In this document: positions 47,143 through 56,964 of the stretch, piece after piece | How the letters are laid out: each line of letters begins with the position of its first letter | How positions within the stretch are numbered: position 1 is the first letter of the stretch | NCBI GenBank assembly: GCA_016938835.1 | Contig: JAFGTW010000037.1 | Location: forward strand, 9,918-73,917 | Reading direction: 5' to 3' | DNA length: 64,000 nt | From: Patescibacteria group bacterium | GTDB taxonomy: Bacteria; Patescibacteriota; Patescibacteriia; Patescibacteriales; UBA12465 | Position numbers and translations under genes: made by a program | The notes under the pieces: model-generated | Database searches by the model: none | Told to the model about the DNA's origin: nothing | Seen by the model: only the letters and a program-made list of their open reading frames with translations

Positions 47143-48291
47143 ATGTCAAAATATAAATTAAACAATAAAAATAATCGCCGTGGTATTATTAAAACGGCTC
47201 ATGGATCTTTGCTTACCCCCTTTTTTATGCCAGATGCCACTCGGGCTTACATTAAGGGTAATACTTCAGCTGATGTTCTTAGGGTAAAAACAGAGGCAAT
47301 GGTGGTGAATACTTTTCATTTATATTTACAACCAGGCAGAGAACTAATAAAAAAAGCAGGTGGTGTTCATGCTTTTATGGATTGGTCTAGGCCTTTATTG
47401 TCTGATTCAGGTGGTTTTCAGGTGTTTTCATTAATTCATCGTAGTCAGGGCTTGGGAAAAATTGATGATGATAAAGTTTCTTTTAAATCTCCGATTAACG
47501 GCTCTAAACATGAGTTAACGCCAGAAAAATCAATTCAAATTCAGTTTGACTTAGGGGTTGACATGATGGTATGTCTAGATGATTGTCCGCCTAATGATTG
47601 GCCCAAAGAAAAATTAGAGATAGCTGTGAAACGTAGTCTGAATTGGGCCGCTCGTTGTAAAGCGGAATATTTAAAACAAATTAAAAAAAGAAAAATTAGT
47701 CAAGATAAAAGGCCTTTATTATTTGCTGTTGTCCAGGGAGGTGATTATGATGACTTACGTCTTATTAGCGCTCAAAAATTAGTCTCCATTGGTTTTGATG
47801 GATATGGTTTTGGGGCGCGACCAGTGGATAAGGATGGAAATTTTTTGGCTAATACTTTATTTAAAACAGCTTCATATTTACCAGAAAATTCATTACGTTT
47901 TGCCCTTGGTATTGGTATGCCTGAAGATATCTATCGTTGCTATTTAATGGGTTGGGATATGTTTGATTGTGTTATTCCGACTCGTGAGGGTAGGCATGGT
48001 AAATTGTTTTTATTTAATAAGAATTTTAAAGGATTTAAAAAAATGCAGCCAAATACTAAACCTGTTAATAAATTTCCTAAATTTTATTATACTGTGAATA
48101 TTTCTAACGCTGCTTTTGCGACTGATTTTTCACCGATTAATCCTAATAGTGAGTTGGCAGAATTGCGTCAATATAGTAAAGCTTTTCTTCATCACTTATT
48201 TAGATTAAAAGAACCACTTGGACAGAAATTAGCTAGTTTAAATAATCTGGAATTTTATAATCTCTTCATGAAAGAACTTAGAAAAATGTAG
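47143..48291 (+). CDS. tgt: tRNA-guanine transglycosylase (divergent)
   Basis: TPFFMP, NTFHL, DSGGFQ, LDDC, VQGG, DMFDCVIPTR, LHHL. Confidence 0.92.
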   Translation: MSKYKLNNKNNRRGIIKTAHGSLLTPFFMPDATRAYIKGNTSADVLRVKTEAMVVNTFHLYLQPGRELIKKAGGVHAFMDWSRPLLSDSGGFQVFSLIHRSQGLGKIDDDKVSFKSPINGSKHELTPEKSIQIQFDLGVDMMVCLDDCPPNDWPKEKLEIAVKRSLNWAARCKAEYLKQIKKRKISQDKRPLLFAVVQGGDYDDLRLISAQKLVSIGFDGYGFGARPVDKDGNFLANTLFKTASYLPENSLRFALGIGMPEDIYRCYLMGWDMFDCVIPTREGRHGKLFLFNKNFKGFKKMQPNTKPVNKFPKFYYTVNISNAAFATDFSPINPNSELAELRQYSKAFLHHLFRLKEPLGQKLASLNNLEFYNLFMKELRKM

Positions 48292-48318
48292 TTAATATTA
48301 ATGAATATAAATTTTTAT

Positions 48319-49350
48319 ATGCTTACAAAAATAATTGCCACTATTGGCCCTAACACTGAATCAAACGAGAGTTTGCTGTCTTTATTCAAAGCTGGTGTTA
48401 ATATGTTGCGTGTTAATTTTTCTCATGCCAGTTACGAACAGTTTAAAAGAATAAAAAAAATAGTTGATCAATATAATTTAAGTGCTGATGAAAAGGTAAG
48501 TTTAATGCTTGATCTTCAAGGTCCTCGTATTCGTGTGGGCACAATGCCGGAGGGGGGAATTTTGATGCTTAAAGATGAGGTATATAATTTTACTTATTCC
48601 AAAAAAGCCTATGTTAAAAAAGGTGATATTGTCCCGATTGATAATTCAGAATTGTGTAAAGATATTAAAAAGGGAGAGATGCTCTTTTTATGCAATGGCG
48701 CGATTGAGTTTCGAGTATTAGCTGTAAAAAATAAAATAATTACCGCTAAGGTTATTAATGGTGGAGTTTTAAATTCGCGTAAAGCTATTAATGTGCCTGA
48801 TACCAATATGAAGAAGGGCGGCATGACTTCTAAGGACTTAAAGGACGCTGCTTTTGCTATTAAAAATGAGGCTGATTATATTGCTTTATCTTTTGTGCAG
48901 ACCGCTAACGATGTTTTACGTTTGCGTAAAATGTTAGGCAAGAAAAGTAAAATTAAAATTATTTCCAAGATAGAGAGGGGAATTGCACTAAAGAATATAG
49001 ATAAAATAATTAGTGCTTCTGATGTAATCATGGTGGCTCGCGGCGATTTAGGAATCGAAATTCCAATTGAAGATTTGCCAATTATTCAAAAAAATTTAGT
49101 TCGTCACACTCACTGGCATAACAAGCCAGTAATTATTGCTACTCAGGTAATGACCTCAATGATAAAAAATGCGCATCCTACTAGAGCTGAAATTTCTGAC
49201 ATTGCTAACGCGGTTTTTGATGGAGCGGATATGATTATGCTGTCCGATGAAACAGCTGTTGGGGATTTTCCGGTTGAGGCAGTCAAGATTTTAAAAAGAG
49301 TGATTAAACGTACTGAGGAAAATATCTATAAAACAAATATTATTAATTAA
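48319..49350 (+). CDS. pyk: Pyruvate kinase lacking the C-terminal domain
   Basis: TKIIATIGP, RVNFSH, DLQGPRIR, SKIE, MVARGDLGIE, ATQ, PTRAEISD, MLSDETA; start 48301 or 48319. Confidence 0.93.
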   Translation: MLTKIIATIGPNTESNESLLSLFKAGVNMLRVNFSHASYEQFKRIKKIVDQYNLSADEKVSLMLDLQGPRIRVGTMPEGGILMLKDEVYNFTYSKKAYVKKGDIVPIDNSELCKDIKKGEMLFLCNGAIEFRVLAVKNKIITAKVINGGVLNSRKAINVPDTNMKKGGMTSKDLKDAAFAIKNEADYIALSFVQTANDVLRLRKMLGKKSKIKIISKIERGIALKNIDKIISASDVIMVARGDLGIEIPIEDLPIIQKNLVRHTHWHNKPVIIATQVMTSMIKNAHPTRAEISDIANAVFDGADMIMLSDETAVGDFPVEAVKILKRVIKRTEENIYKTNIIN

Positions 49351-49356
49351 AGTTAT

Positions 49357-50646
49357 ATGAAAATACAATCAATTAAGGCTTTAGAAATTTTGGATTCAAG
49401 AGGAATGCCAACGATATTAGCGGAAGTCATGCTAGAAAACGGCGTAAAGGCCTCAGCGGCTGTTCCTTCTGGAGCTTCCACTGGTAGTTATGAAGCGGTT
49501 GAATTAAGAGATAACGATAAAAATCGTTATAACGGGGCAGGGGTTTTGCAAGCTATTAATAATATAGAAAATATTATTGCGCCAGCATTAATTGGACAAG
49601 AAGTGGATGGTCAATCAGAAATTGATGCTGTCATGATTGCGCTTGATGATAGTCATAATAAGTCTAAAATTGGTGCTAATGCTATGTTAGCCGTTTCTTT
49701 GGCTTGCGCTAAAGCTGCCGCAGTTGATAGCAATCAACCTCTTTATCGGTATTTAAGTAAATTTAATACACAATTTAAGGATAAATATATATTACCATTA
49801 CCAATGATGAATGTTTTAAATGGTGGTAAACATGCAAACTGGGCCACTGATATTCAAGAGTACATGATTATTCCGGTGGGAGCTAAAAATCTAGCTGAGG
49901 CCATTAGAATGTGCGCTGAAATATATCAGTCTTTGAAGAAAATTTTGAAAGACAGACATTATTCTATTAGTGTCGGTGATGAAGGTGGTTTTGCTCCAGC
50001 TTTTAAAAATAATGAAGAACCTTTTCAAATTTTATCGGAGGCAGTCAAGGCTTCTGGTTATAAGCTTGGGCATGATATTTCTTTTGGCATTGATGCGGCT
50101 GCAACCGAATTTTATCAGGAGGGAGTTTACAATCTAAAAAAAGAAAATAAAAAATTAACTAGCCAGGAATTGATTGCTTTTTATAGCCAGTTAAGCGCCA
50201 ATTATCCTATTATTTCTTGGGAGGATGTTTTAGCGGAAGACGATTGGCAAGGTTTTCAAGAATTTACTCATACATTTACTACGAATGCGCAGATTGTCGG
50301 TGATGATTTATATGTGACTAACGTAGAGAGATTACAAAGAGGCATTGAAGAAAAAAGTAGCAATTCCATTTTAATTAAGCTTAATCAGATTGGCACTCTT
50401 AGTGAAACAATAGCGGCTATAAATTTAGCTAGAGAGAATGGCTTAACTAGCGTTATTTCTCATCGTAGTGGTGAGACTGAAGATACTTTTATTGCAGATC
50501 TTGTAGTAGCTATGGGCACAGGACAAATTAAAACGGGAGCTCCTTGTCGCAGTGAGAGAACGGCTAAGTATAATCGTCTATTGGTAATTGCGGCTGAGTT
50601 AGGAGATAAAGCGGAGCTTGCTAGTTTTCCTTTTAAATTGAAGTAA
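49357..50646 (+). CDS. eno: Enolase
   Basis: EILDSRGMPT, VPSGASTG, GDEGGF, VGDDL, SHRSGETED, KYNRLL. Confidence 0.97.
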   Translation: MKIQSIKALEILDSRGMPTILAEVMLENGVKASAAVPSGASTGSYEAVELRDNDKNRYNGAGVLQAINNIENIIAPALIGQEVDGQSEIDAVMIALDDSHNKSKIGANAMLAVSLACAKAAAVDSNQPLYRYLSKFNTQFKDKYILPLPMMNVLNGGKHANWATDIQEYMIIPVGAKNLAEAIRMCAEIYQSLKKILKDRHYSISVGDEGGFAPAFKNNEEPFQILSEAVKASGYKLGHDISFGIDAAATEFYQEGVYNLKKENKKLTSQELIAFYSQLSANYPIISWEDVLAEDDWQGFQEFTHTFTTNAQIVGDDLYVTNVERLQRGIEEKSSNSILIKLNQIGTLSETIAAINLARENGLTSVISHRSGETEDTFIADLVVAMGTGQIKTGAPCRSERTAKYNRLLVIAAELGDKAELASFPFKLK

Positions 50647-50682
50647 TATTTTTATTGATAAATTTTATTTAAAAATTAGATT

Positions 50683-51783
50683 ATGAAATATATATTCTTT
50701 AGTCTTAATATATTTATGGCCTTGTTTGGGCATTTTTTAATGTTTCTAATTTGGCGTTATTTTTTTGCTTTAAATGGAGTTTATTTACAATTAACTTTAG
50801 CTTTTTTATTATTTTGTGGATTATTGCTTTTAGTTATAGCCCCCTTACTTGTTCATTGGCGGGATAATATTTTTAGTCGTGCTTTGTATGTTGTTGCTGG
50901 TCTGTGGGGTGGATTAATGTTGAATACTAGCTTAGTGGCATTTTTTTATTTTATTTTAAAATATTTTGACTTGGTGGCAATTATTGAAGATAATTTAAAT
51001 TATACATATTTATATATTAGTCTTATTCCTTTATTAATGCTCGTTTTTGAATTTTATTGTGCTCGTTTTATCAAAATTAAAAGACGTAGTATTAAGATTC
51101 CTAATTTGCCTGATTTTTGGCAGGGCAAGAAAATTATCCATTTGTCCGATGTTCATCTCGGTCCTGTTTGGCGTCAGAGATTTTTTGATGATATTATTAA
51201 TTTAGTTAACAAACAACAAGCTGATTTAATTTTTATTACTGGTGATTTATTTGATGGCATGGATGCTGATTTTTCTTGGTTTCATAGCCGTCAATTAATA
51301 GCTAATGTTGGTGTTTTTTATGCTTATGGTAACCACGATTTAATTTTAGGGGAGAATAAAATTAGTAAACTTTTAGCAAATTCAAATATTGAAATACTAG
51401 CTGATAGCATGAAAGAAATTGAAGGCTTGCAAGTTATGGGAATAAGCTGTTATTATAAGGGGCGCTTAGATGTAGTAAAAAAAATTAGCAAATTTAATGA
51501 TTATGACCGCACTAAGCCAAGTATTTTGATGTATCATGAACCTAAGGATATTAAAGCTTTTAGATCAGTTGGCATCAATGTTCAATTATCGGGGCATACT
51601 CACGGTGGACAAATGTTTCCTTTTAATTTAGTGGCTCATTTATTATATCGTGGTTTTGCCAGTGGCTTGTATAGATTAAAAGACTTTAATTTATCGGTTA
51701 CATCTGGCGCTGGTACTTGGGGTCCGCCTTTGCGTTTAGGTAGTTGTTCGGAGATAGTATTGATGGAATTACTTAAAGACTAA
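50683..51783 (+). CDS. Membrane-anchored metallophosphoesterase (YkuE/YaeI-like)
   Basis: About 4 N-terminal TMs; SDVH, GD, GNHD, HEP, SGHTHGGQ. Confidence 0.88.
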   Translation: MKYIFFSLNIFMALFGHFLMFLIWRYFFALNGVYLQLTLAFLLFCGLLLLVIAPLLVHWRDNIFSRALYVVAGLWGGLMLNTSLVAFFYFILKYFDLVAIIEDNLNYTYLYISLIPLLMLVFEFYCARFIKIKRRSIKIPNLPDFWQGKKIIHLSDVHLGPVWRQRFFDDIINLVNKQQADLIFITGDLFDGMDADFSWFHSRQLIANVGVFYAYGNHDLILGENKISKLLANSNIEILADSMKEIEGLQVMGISCYYKGRLDVVKKISKFNDYDRTKPSILMYHEPKDIKAFRSVGINVQLSGHTHGGQMFPFNLVAHLLYRGFASGLYRLKDFNLSVTSGAGTWGPPLRLGSCSEIVLMELLKD

Positions 51784-51834
51784 AGTTTTATATAAAAAGG
51801 TAAAATTGTTTATCAATTATATCTTCAGGAAAAT

Positions 51835-52842
51835 ATGAATTTATCTAAATTATCGGAAATATTACAAGCAGAACCAAAATTTCGTTTTAAACAGGTTTAT
51901 CAGGCCCTTTATATTGATTTAGTGGATGATTGGCAACAAGTAAGTGTTCTGCCGTTAGCTTTACGTGAGCGCTTGAATATCGAATGTCCCCTGTCAATTG
52001 AGGCTGAATTACAAAAAGACACTACGGATAAACGTAGCGAAAAGGCAATGATATATTTTGATGATAAGGTGGCCGTGGAAACAGTTTTAATTCGTCAACG
52101 TAATCAACGTTATACTGTTTGCTTATCTTCACAGGCTGGCTGTGCTTTGGGCTGTGCTTTTTGTGCAACTGGCGCCGCTGGGTTTACCCGTAATTTAAGT
52201 GCTGAAGAAATTGTAGAGCAATTTTTTTTCTGGGCTCGTAGATTGCGTCGTGATCATGACATGGAAAAAATTGATAATATTGTTTTTATGGGCATGGGCG
52301 AGCCTTTTTTAAATTATAATGAATTTATAAAATCAGTTAAAATTTTACATGATCCAGAGAGATTTAATATTGGTTCACGTCGAATGTCAGTTTCTACGGC
52401 TGGTATTATTGAGGGAATTAAAAAATTATCTTCGGAGAAATTACAGATTAATTTGGCTATTTCTTTGCATGCGCCAGTCGATTCTTTACGAGAACAGTTA
52501 ATGCCAATCGGTAAAAAATATCCGATTGCCAAGATTTTAAAATCAGTTGATGAATATATTTCTAAAACGGGTCGTCGAGTGATGTTTGAATATATTATGA
52601 TCAAGAATGTTAATGATGATGATGACGATGCTAGAGCTCTAGCTGATTTAATGAGAAAGCCTTTATATTTGGTGAATTTAATACCATATAATACTACTGG
52701 TCGTTTTCAAGCTTCATCGGCAGCGCGAATTAATGCTTTTCAAGATAAATTAGAATCAATGGGTGTGGCCGTAACTCAGCGTCGTAGTCAGGGTCAGGGA
52801 ATTGGAGCGGCTTGCGGACAGTTGGCAGGAAAGAATAAATAG
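51835..52842 (+). CDS. rlmN: Radical SAM 23S rRNA m2A2503 / tRNA A37 methyltransferase
   Basis: SSQAGCALGCAFCATG, MGMGEP, SLHA, AACGQL. Confidence 0.95.
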   Translation: MNLSKLSEILQAEPKFRFKQVYQALYIDLVDDWQQVSVLPLALRERLNIECPLSIEAELQKDTTDKRSEKAMIYFDDKVAVETVLIRQRNQRYTVCLSSQAGCALGCAFCATGAAGFTRNLSAEEIVEQFFFWARRLRRDHDMEKIDNIVFMGMGEPFLNYNEFIKSVKILHDPERFNIGSRRMSVSTAGIIEGIKKLSSEKLQINLAISLHAPVDSLREQLMPIGKKYPIAKILKSVDEYISKTGRRVMFEYIMIKNVNDDDDDARALADLMRKPLYLVNLIPYNTTGRFQASSAARINAFQDKLESMGVAVTQRRSQGQGIGAACGQLAGKNK

Positions 52843-52864
52843 TAAAATTAGGTTTTGTATATGA

Positions 52865-52899
52865 AAAAGCCGTTACTTGAATAGTATCGGCTTTCTTTT
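52865..52899. terminator. Bidirectional terminator
   Basis: aaagccg-ttact..agtat-cggcttt between convergent genes. Confidence 0.65.
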
Positions 52900-53782
52900 A
52901 AGCAGAAAACTGCTTTATTTGATAAAAAATATAACTCAGTAATTCTTTATGAGACCTTTTTATTAGAGCTTCATATGGACTTTCTTCATTATTTTTAATG
53001 CCAAATATTTTATTGATATTAAGTTTGTTATTTGAGCCAATCCATGTTAACTCTTCGTTATTTTTTCTGTATTGTAGTACAAATAAAACTTCATTTAGTC
53101 TTAGTACTTCCTTTTGGAATTTACGTAAATTCAGCCAGGGGGATACATTGTCAAGGTAGGCATAGGCAACTTTTTCATTAGCAATTAATGGCAGGGTTTC
53201 AAAATTTACTTTTTTTAAAGCATTTTCAAGTGCATCGCTACATCTAGACTCGCTGTGATTAAAGGTAGTAATTTCTTTATTTTCCTTGCCATATAGAATT
53301 TCTATAGCAGCATCTTCGAATAATTGCCATAAACCAGTTAAATTATTTTGGTTTTCGAAAAAAGTTGTAGCAACGGCAAGAGATTTGCCGTAACGAGCTG
53401 CTAGTCTATTTTCTTTCCATTTTTCTGGATTTTGCATATCCTGTGCATGTTTCAAAAAGCCTGTTTCTTTCATAAAGTTTAATACTTTTTGTGTTTCCAC
53501 GTGAGAGTCATCATCCTGTATTTCCAGTGGATTTATAGAGCTAGGGATGGAATTAATTGCTAGATCTAGAAAAATGAACCAATCTTCAAAAATACTAAGA
53601 TCTATTCTTGAGCTGATTAAAACCATCTCATCATATTCTGTCCAAGCATCCCATAGGTTAGACATTTTTAATAAGGGTTTTATTTCTAGTCCTAAAGCTT
53701 TGCATGCTGCCATTATAAAAACTACATTCGGGTTAGATAATTGGCACAAGAATACTAGGTTCCTTTTTTTTGTTTCTTTCAT
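52898..53782 (-). CDS. Hypothetical protein
   Basis: 294-aa ORF with its own promoter; no motif recognised. Confidence 0.7.
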   Translation of the reverse strand: MKETKKRNLVFLCQLSNPNVVFIMAACKALGLEIKPLLKMSNLWDAWTEYDEMVLISSRIDLSIFEDWFIFLDLAINSIPSSINPLEIQDDDSHVETQKVLNFMKETGFLKHAQDMQNPEKWKENRLAARYGKSLAVATTFFENQNNLTGLWQLFEDAAIEILYGKENKEITTFNHSESRCSDALENALKKVNFETLPLIANEKVAYAYLDNVSPWLNLRKFQKEVLRLNEVLFVLQYRKNNEELTWIGSNNKLNINKIFGIKNNEESPYEALIKRSHKELLSYIFYQIKQFSA

Positions 53783-53843
53783 GGTTTGTCTTTTTTTATG
53801 AATGTACGAAAATTGATACGAATTAATTGACTTGCTTTAATTT

Positions 53844-53872
53844 AAATTAGCATAATATCCTTTTTATGTCAA
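53844..53872 (-). promoter_or_regulatory. sigma70 promoter of the orphan gene
   Basis: TTGACA-17-TAATTT with a TGn extension. Confidence 0.55.
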
Positions 53873-53998
53873 TTGCTATGGTATATTTAATAAGTTTATT
53901 CTTTTTTCTTTATTATTTGTTAAATATTAGCCAATTAGACCTCTTTTATAATATTTGCTATAATAATAGACATGCTTTAATAAATTAATACTAAATAT

Positions 53999-54595
53999 AT
54001 GTTTAAACTTAGAACCTTGCCTTATGACTTAGAAGCATTAGAACCGTACATGTCGGCTAAGACCTTAGAATTTCATTATGGTAAACATCATCAAGCTTAC
54101 GTTGATAATCTTAATAAGTTAATTGAAGGTACGGAGATGGCTGAGATGGCGCTTGAGGATATTATTAGGTTAAGCAATAAACAAGAAGATAAGCAGTCTA
54201 TTTTTAATAATGCTGCTCAGGTATATAACCATGATATATTTTGGAATTGCTTGCGTCCAACATCTGCAAAAATGGAAGTTCCATCTGCTTTGTTAGAAAT
54301 GATTAATCGTGATTTTGGCTCATTAGAAAATATGTTGTCTGAATTTAAGGTAGCGGCCATGTCTCAGTTTGGCAGTGGCTGGGCTTGGTTAGTAAAAGAA
54401 GGTGATAAGTTAAAAATTATGAAGACTGCTAATGCTGATACTGCTTTTCTGTATGGAGTTACTCCGCTTTTAGCGCTTGATGTTTGGGAACATTCATATT
54501 ATTTAGATTATCAAAATCGTCGCGCTGATTTTGTTAGTGCTATTTTCGATAATTTGCTTAATTGGGACTTTGCCGCTAAAAATGCTGGTCTATAA
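53999..54595 (+). CDS. sodB: Superoxide dismutase, Fe-type signature
   Basis: HYGKHH, FNNAAQVYNH, FGSGWAWL, DVWEHSYY. Confidence 0.93.
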   Translation: MFKLRTLPYDLEALEPYMSAKTLEFHYGKHHQAYVDNLNKLIEGTEMAEMALEDIIRLSNKQEDKQSIFNNAAQVYNHDIFWNCLRPTSAKMEVPSALLEMINRDFGSLENMLSEFKVAAMSQFGSGWAWLVKEGDKLKIMKTANADTAFLYGVTPLLALDVWEHSYYLDYQNRRADFVSAIFDNLLNWDFAAKNAGL

Positions 54596-54601
54596 TTTTT
54601 T

Positions 54602-55273
54602 ATGAAGAAAAATCCATATTACCGTCTTCAGCCTAAAACTCGTGAACCATACACGACTATATATTTAATTCGTCATGCTAATCCTAACTACAGTTTAGAA
54701 AAGAAGCTGGGTGATCGTTTAATGCCACTATCACCAATGGGTAAAAAACAAGCCCAAGAACTAGCCAAGGCGTTATCAAAGATAAAGATTGATTCTGTTT
54801 ATGCTAGTTCTTTTGCCAGAGCTCAACAGACAGCGGCTTATTTTAGTAATCGTCATCACTTGGATGTTAAGATTGATGAGCGTTTAGATGAAATTGATTG
54901 GAAGGCTTGGCATCGAGTCAAATATTTTCGCACTTCTGAAGAGCGACGCAGACAATCTTTAGCTAGTTATCATCAACTAGATAAACAGTTAGATAAAATG
55001 CAGACACATACCAGGCGCGTACTGTCTGATATTTTTGAAAACAATAAAGGTAAAAATGTGGCCATTTTTTGTCATGGAAACATTATCAAGTCTTTTTTAA
55101 CTGGTGTTTTAGATGCTGATGTTTTAGGTTTTTTATCTCTGGAAATTTATCAAGCCTCAATTAGTCAGTTAGTGATTGATCGAGACGCTTACGTAAAGAT
55201 AGCTTGTATTAATGATATTAAACATTTATCTCAACAACCTAAAGAAGATTTATTTATCACCCTGGTTGATTAA
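54602..55273 (+). CDS. Histidine phosphatase family protein
   Basis: YLIRHA, YASSFARAQQTA, LDE, FCHG. Confidence 0.85.
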   Translation: MKKNPYYRLQPKTREPYTTIYLIRHANPNYSLEKKLGDRLMPLSPMGKKQAQELAKALSKIKIDSVYASSFARAQQTAAYFSNRHHLDVKIDERLDEIDWKAWHRVKYFRTSEERRRQSLASYHQLDKQLDKMQTHTRRVLSDIFENNKGKNVAIFCHGNIIKSFLTGVLDADVLGFLSLEIYQASISQLVIDRDAYVKIACINDIKHLSQQPKEDLFITLVD

Positions 55274-55277
55274 TAAT

Positions 55278-56750
55278 ATGGCTAATTTATTTAGTTCTAG
55301 ATTTTTAGTAATAATAACGGTCGGGCTGCTTTATTTAGCCTGGCCGTTTTTAGGTGCTCAGGCTGCCGCTGATTTGTCTGGTAGAATATTATTACAAGTT
55401 GAATCTAAGGGTGAAGCTTGGTATGTAAGTCCAATAAATCATCAGCGCTATTATTTGGGAAGACCAGTTGATGCTTTCTCAGTTATGCGTAATTTAGGAC
55501 TTGGCATTAGTGAGGCTAATTATGCTCAGTTTAAATTATTTGGAGCCAGCAATTTAAAAGGGAGGATTTTGCTGAGAGTACAAGCAAATGGAGAAGCTTA
55601 TTATGTTAATCCACTTGATAATAAGTTAAATTATTTAGGAAGACCAGCTGATGCTTTTGATTTAATGCGTCGCTTCGGTCTTGGTATTAGTAACGCTGAT
55701 TTAGCCGGTATAAATATTTCATCTGAATCCGCCTTGCCTTTTATTACACAAACCGCAGATAATGGAGTTAGTTATCATTACACTTGGAGCTATAATAATA
55801 ACCCTTATTATTTGGATGTTAAATTAAATTCTGAACTTTTTAAAGATTATAGCTCTAGCTCTAAAGTTTATACTTATTTTGTCGGTTCTGAGCCAGCTGA
55901 TCCACGGGCAGCTTTTTATGGTATGTTTTTACAATTAAGAGATGACGATCAGGAGACAATGAATATTTTAAATAGATTAAATTCATTAGCTCAGAGTCAA
56001 GGTATTATTGGCGATAATGCTATGGCTTTTATTATGTCTTTTATTCAATATATTCCTTATGATCATGAGAAATTAGAGTCCGGGAATAATAACCCTTATT
56101 ACCCTTTTGAGACTTTATATTTGAATAAGGGGGTGTGTGCAGATAAAACTTTTTTAGCAGTTTTATGGCTTCGTAGTCTTGGCTATGGTGCAGCAATTTT
56201 AGATTTTCCTGATAGTAATCATTCAGCGGCTGGAATAGCCTGTCCGGTGGCTGATTCTTTAGCTAACTCCGGTTATTGTTATATTGAAACCACTAACTAT
56301 TTTCCTGTTGGAGTAGTGCCACCTAATATTAGTAATGGACAGGCAGTTGTTAATCAAGATCAGCTTGATTCTTTATTTAAAGCTGATAGATTGGGGAAAA
56401 TGGACATAAAGCAGGGGACTAGTGGCAAGCTATTCCAGGGAATGAGTTTAGTTAAGGCTGAGGCTGCTCGTATTTTATCTTTACGTCAGGAACTCAATCA
56501 AGCAAAATTAGAATTAGATAAACAGCAATCAGTTATTGATGTCGCTTATACTGCTTTAAAGTTGCAAGAAGCAGAATTAATGAGTTACAAGAATAGTAAT
56601 ATCAGTATCTATAATTCATTGGTACCTGCTTATAATGAAGCTGTAGCTAATTATACAGCTCAGACCAATATTTATAGCAAATCTGTAACCACCTATAATC
56701 TTCTAGTTAAGGAGTTTAATCAAAGTTATAGTAGTTTTTATCAGCAGTAA
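55278..56750 (+). CDS. Secreted protein: two tandem ~55-aa repeats, a transglutaminase-like domain and a coiled coil
   Basis: Signal ending AQA; GRILLQVESKGEAWYV and GRILLRVQANGEAYYV repeats; PFETL..GVCADK..LGY..NHSAAGI..YIETT; start moved to 55278. Confidence 0.7.
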   Translation: MANLFSSRFLVIITVGLLYLAWPFLGAQAAADLSGRILLQVESKGEAWYVSPINHQRYYLGRPVDAFSVMRNLGLGISEANYAQFKLFGASNLKGRILLRVQANGEAYYVNPLDNKLNYLGRPADAFDLMRRFGLGISNADLAGINISSESALPFITQTADNGVSYHYTWSYNNNPYYLDVKLNSELFKDYSSSSKVYTYFVGSEPADPRAAFYGMFLQLRDDDQETMNILNRLNSLAQSQGIIGDNAMAFIMSFIQYIPYDHEKLESGNNNPYYPFETLYLNKGVCADKTFLAVLWLRSLGYGAAILDFPDSNHSAAGIACPVADSLANSGYCYIETTNYFPVGVVPPNISNGQAVVNQDQLDSLFKADRLGKMDIKQGTSGKLFQGMSLVKAEAARILSLRQELNQAKLELDKQQSVIDVAYTALKLQEAELMSYKNSNISIYNSLVPAYNEAVANYTAQTNIYSKSVTTYNLLVKEFNQSYSSFYQQ

Positions 56751-56788
56751 TTTTGCTTATATTAAACAATTAATATTTTATATTTTGC

Positions 56789-56817
56789 TTGACATAGTCC
56801 TAAATATCGGCTATTAT
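56789..56817 (+). promoter_or_regulatory. rpsB-tsf promoter
   Basis: TTGACA-17-TATTAT. Confidence 0.7.
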
Positions 56818-56868
56818 TAGTGCTGTTGAGGTTTTTCCTTTGAATTTACCTCTTTTTATAATTTAAAA

Positions 56869-56953
56869 ACGTCACGTCTGCACTTTTTCTTGATTTATAT
56901 TAGCTAAAATATAAATTAATTACAGACGGAAGTCCTGTCATAAGATAGGAGAC
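56869..56953 (+). promoter_or_regulatory. Structured rpsB 5' leader (S2 leader/t44-like)
   Basis: CGTCTG(56875)/CAGACG(56923) outer stem, 11 bp inner stem, then a TCCTGTC-ataa-GATAGGA hairpin. Confidence 0.65.
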
Positions 56954-56964
56954 AAAGAAAATTT

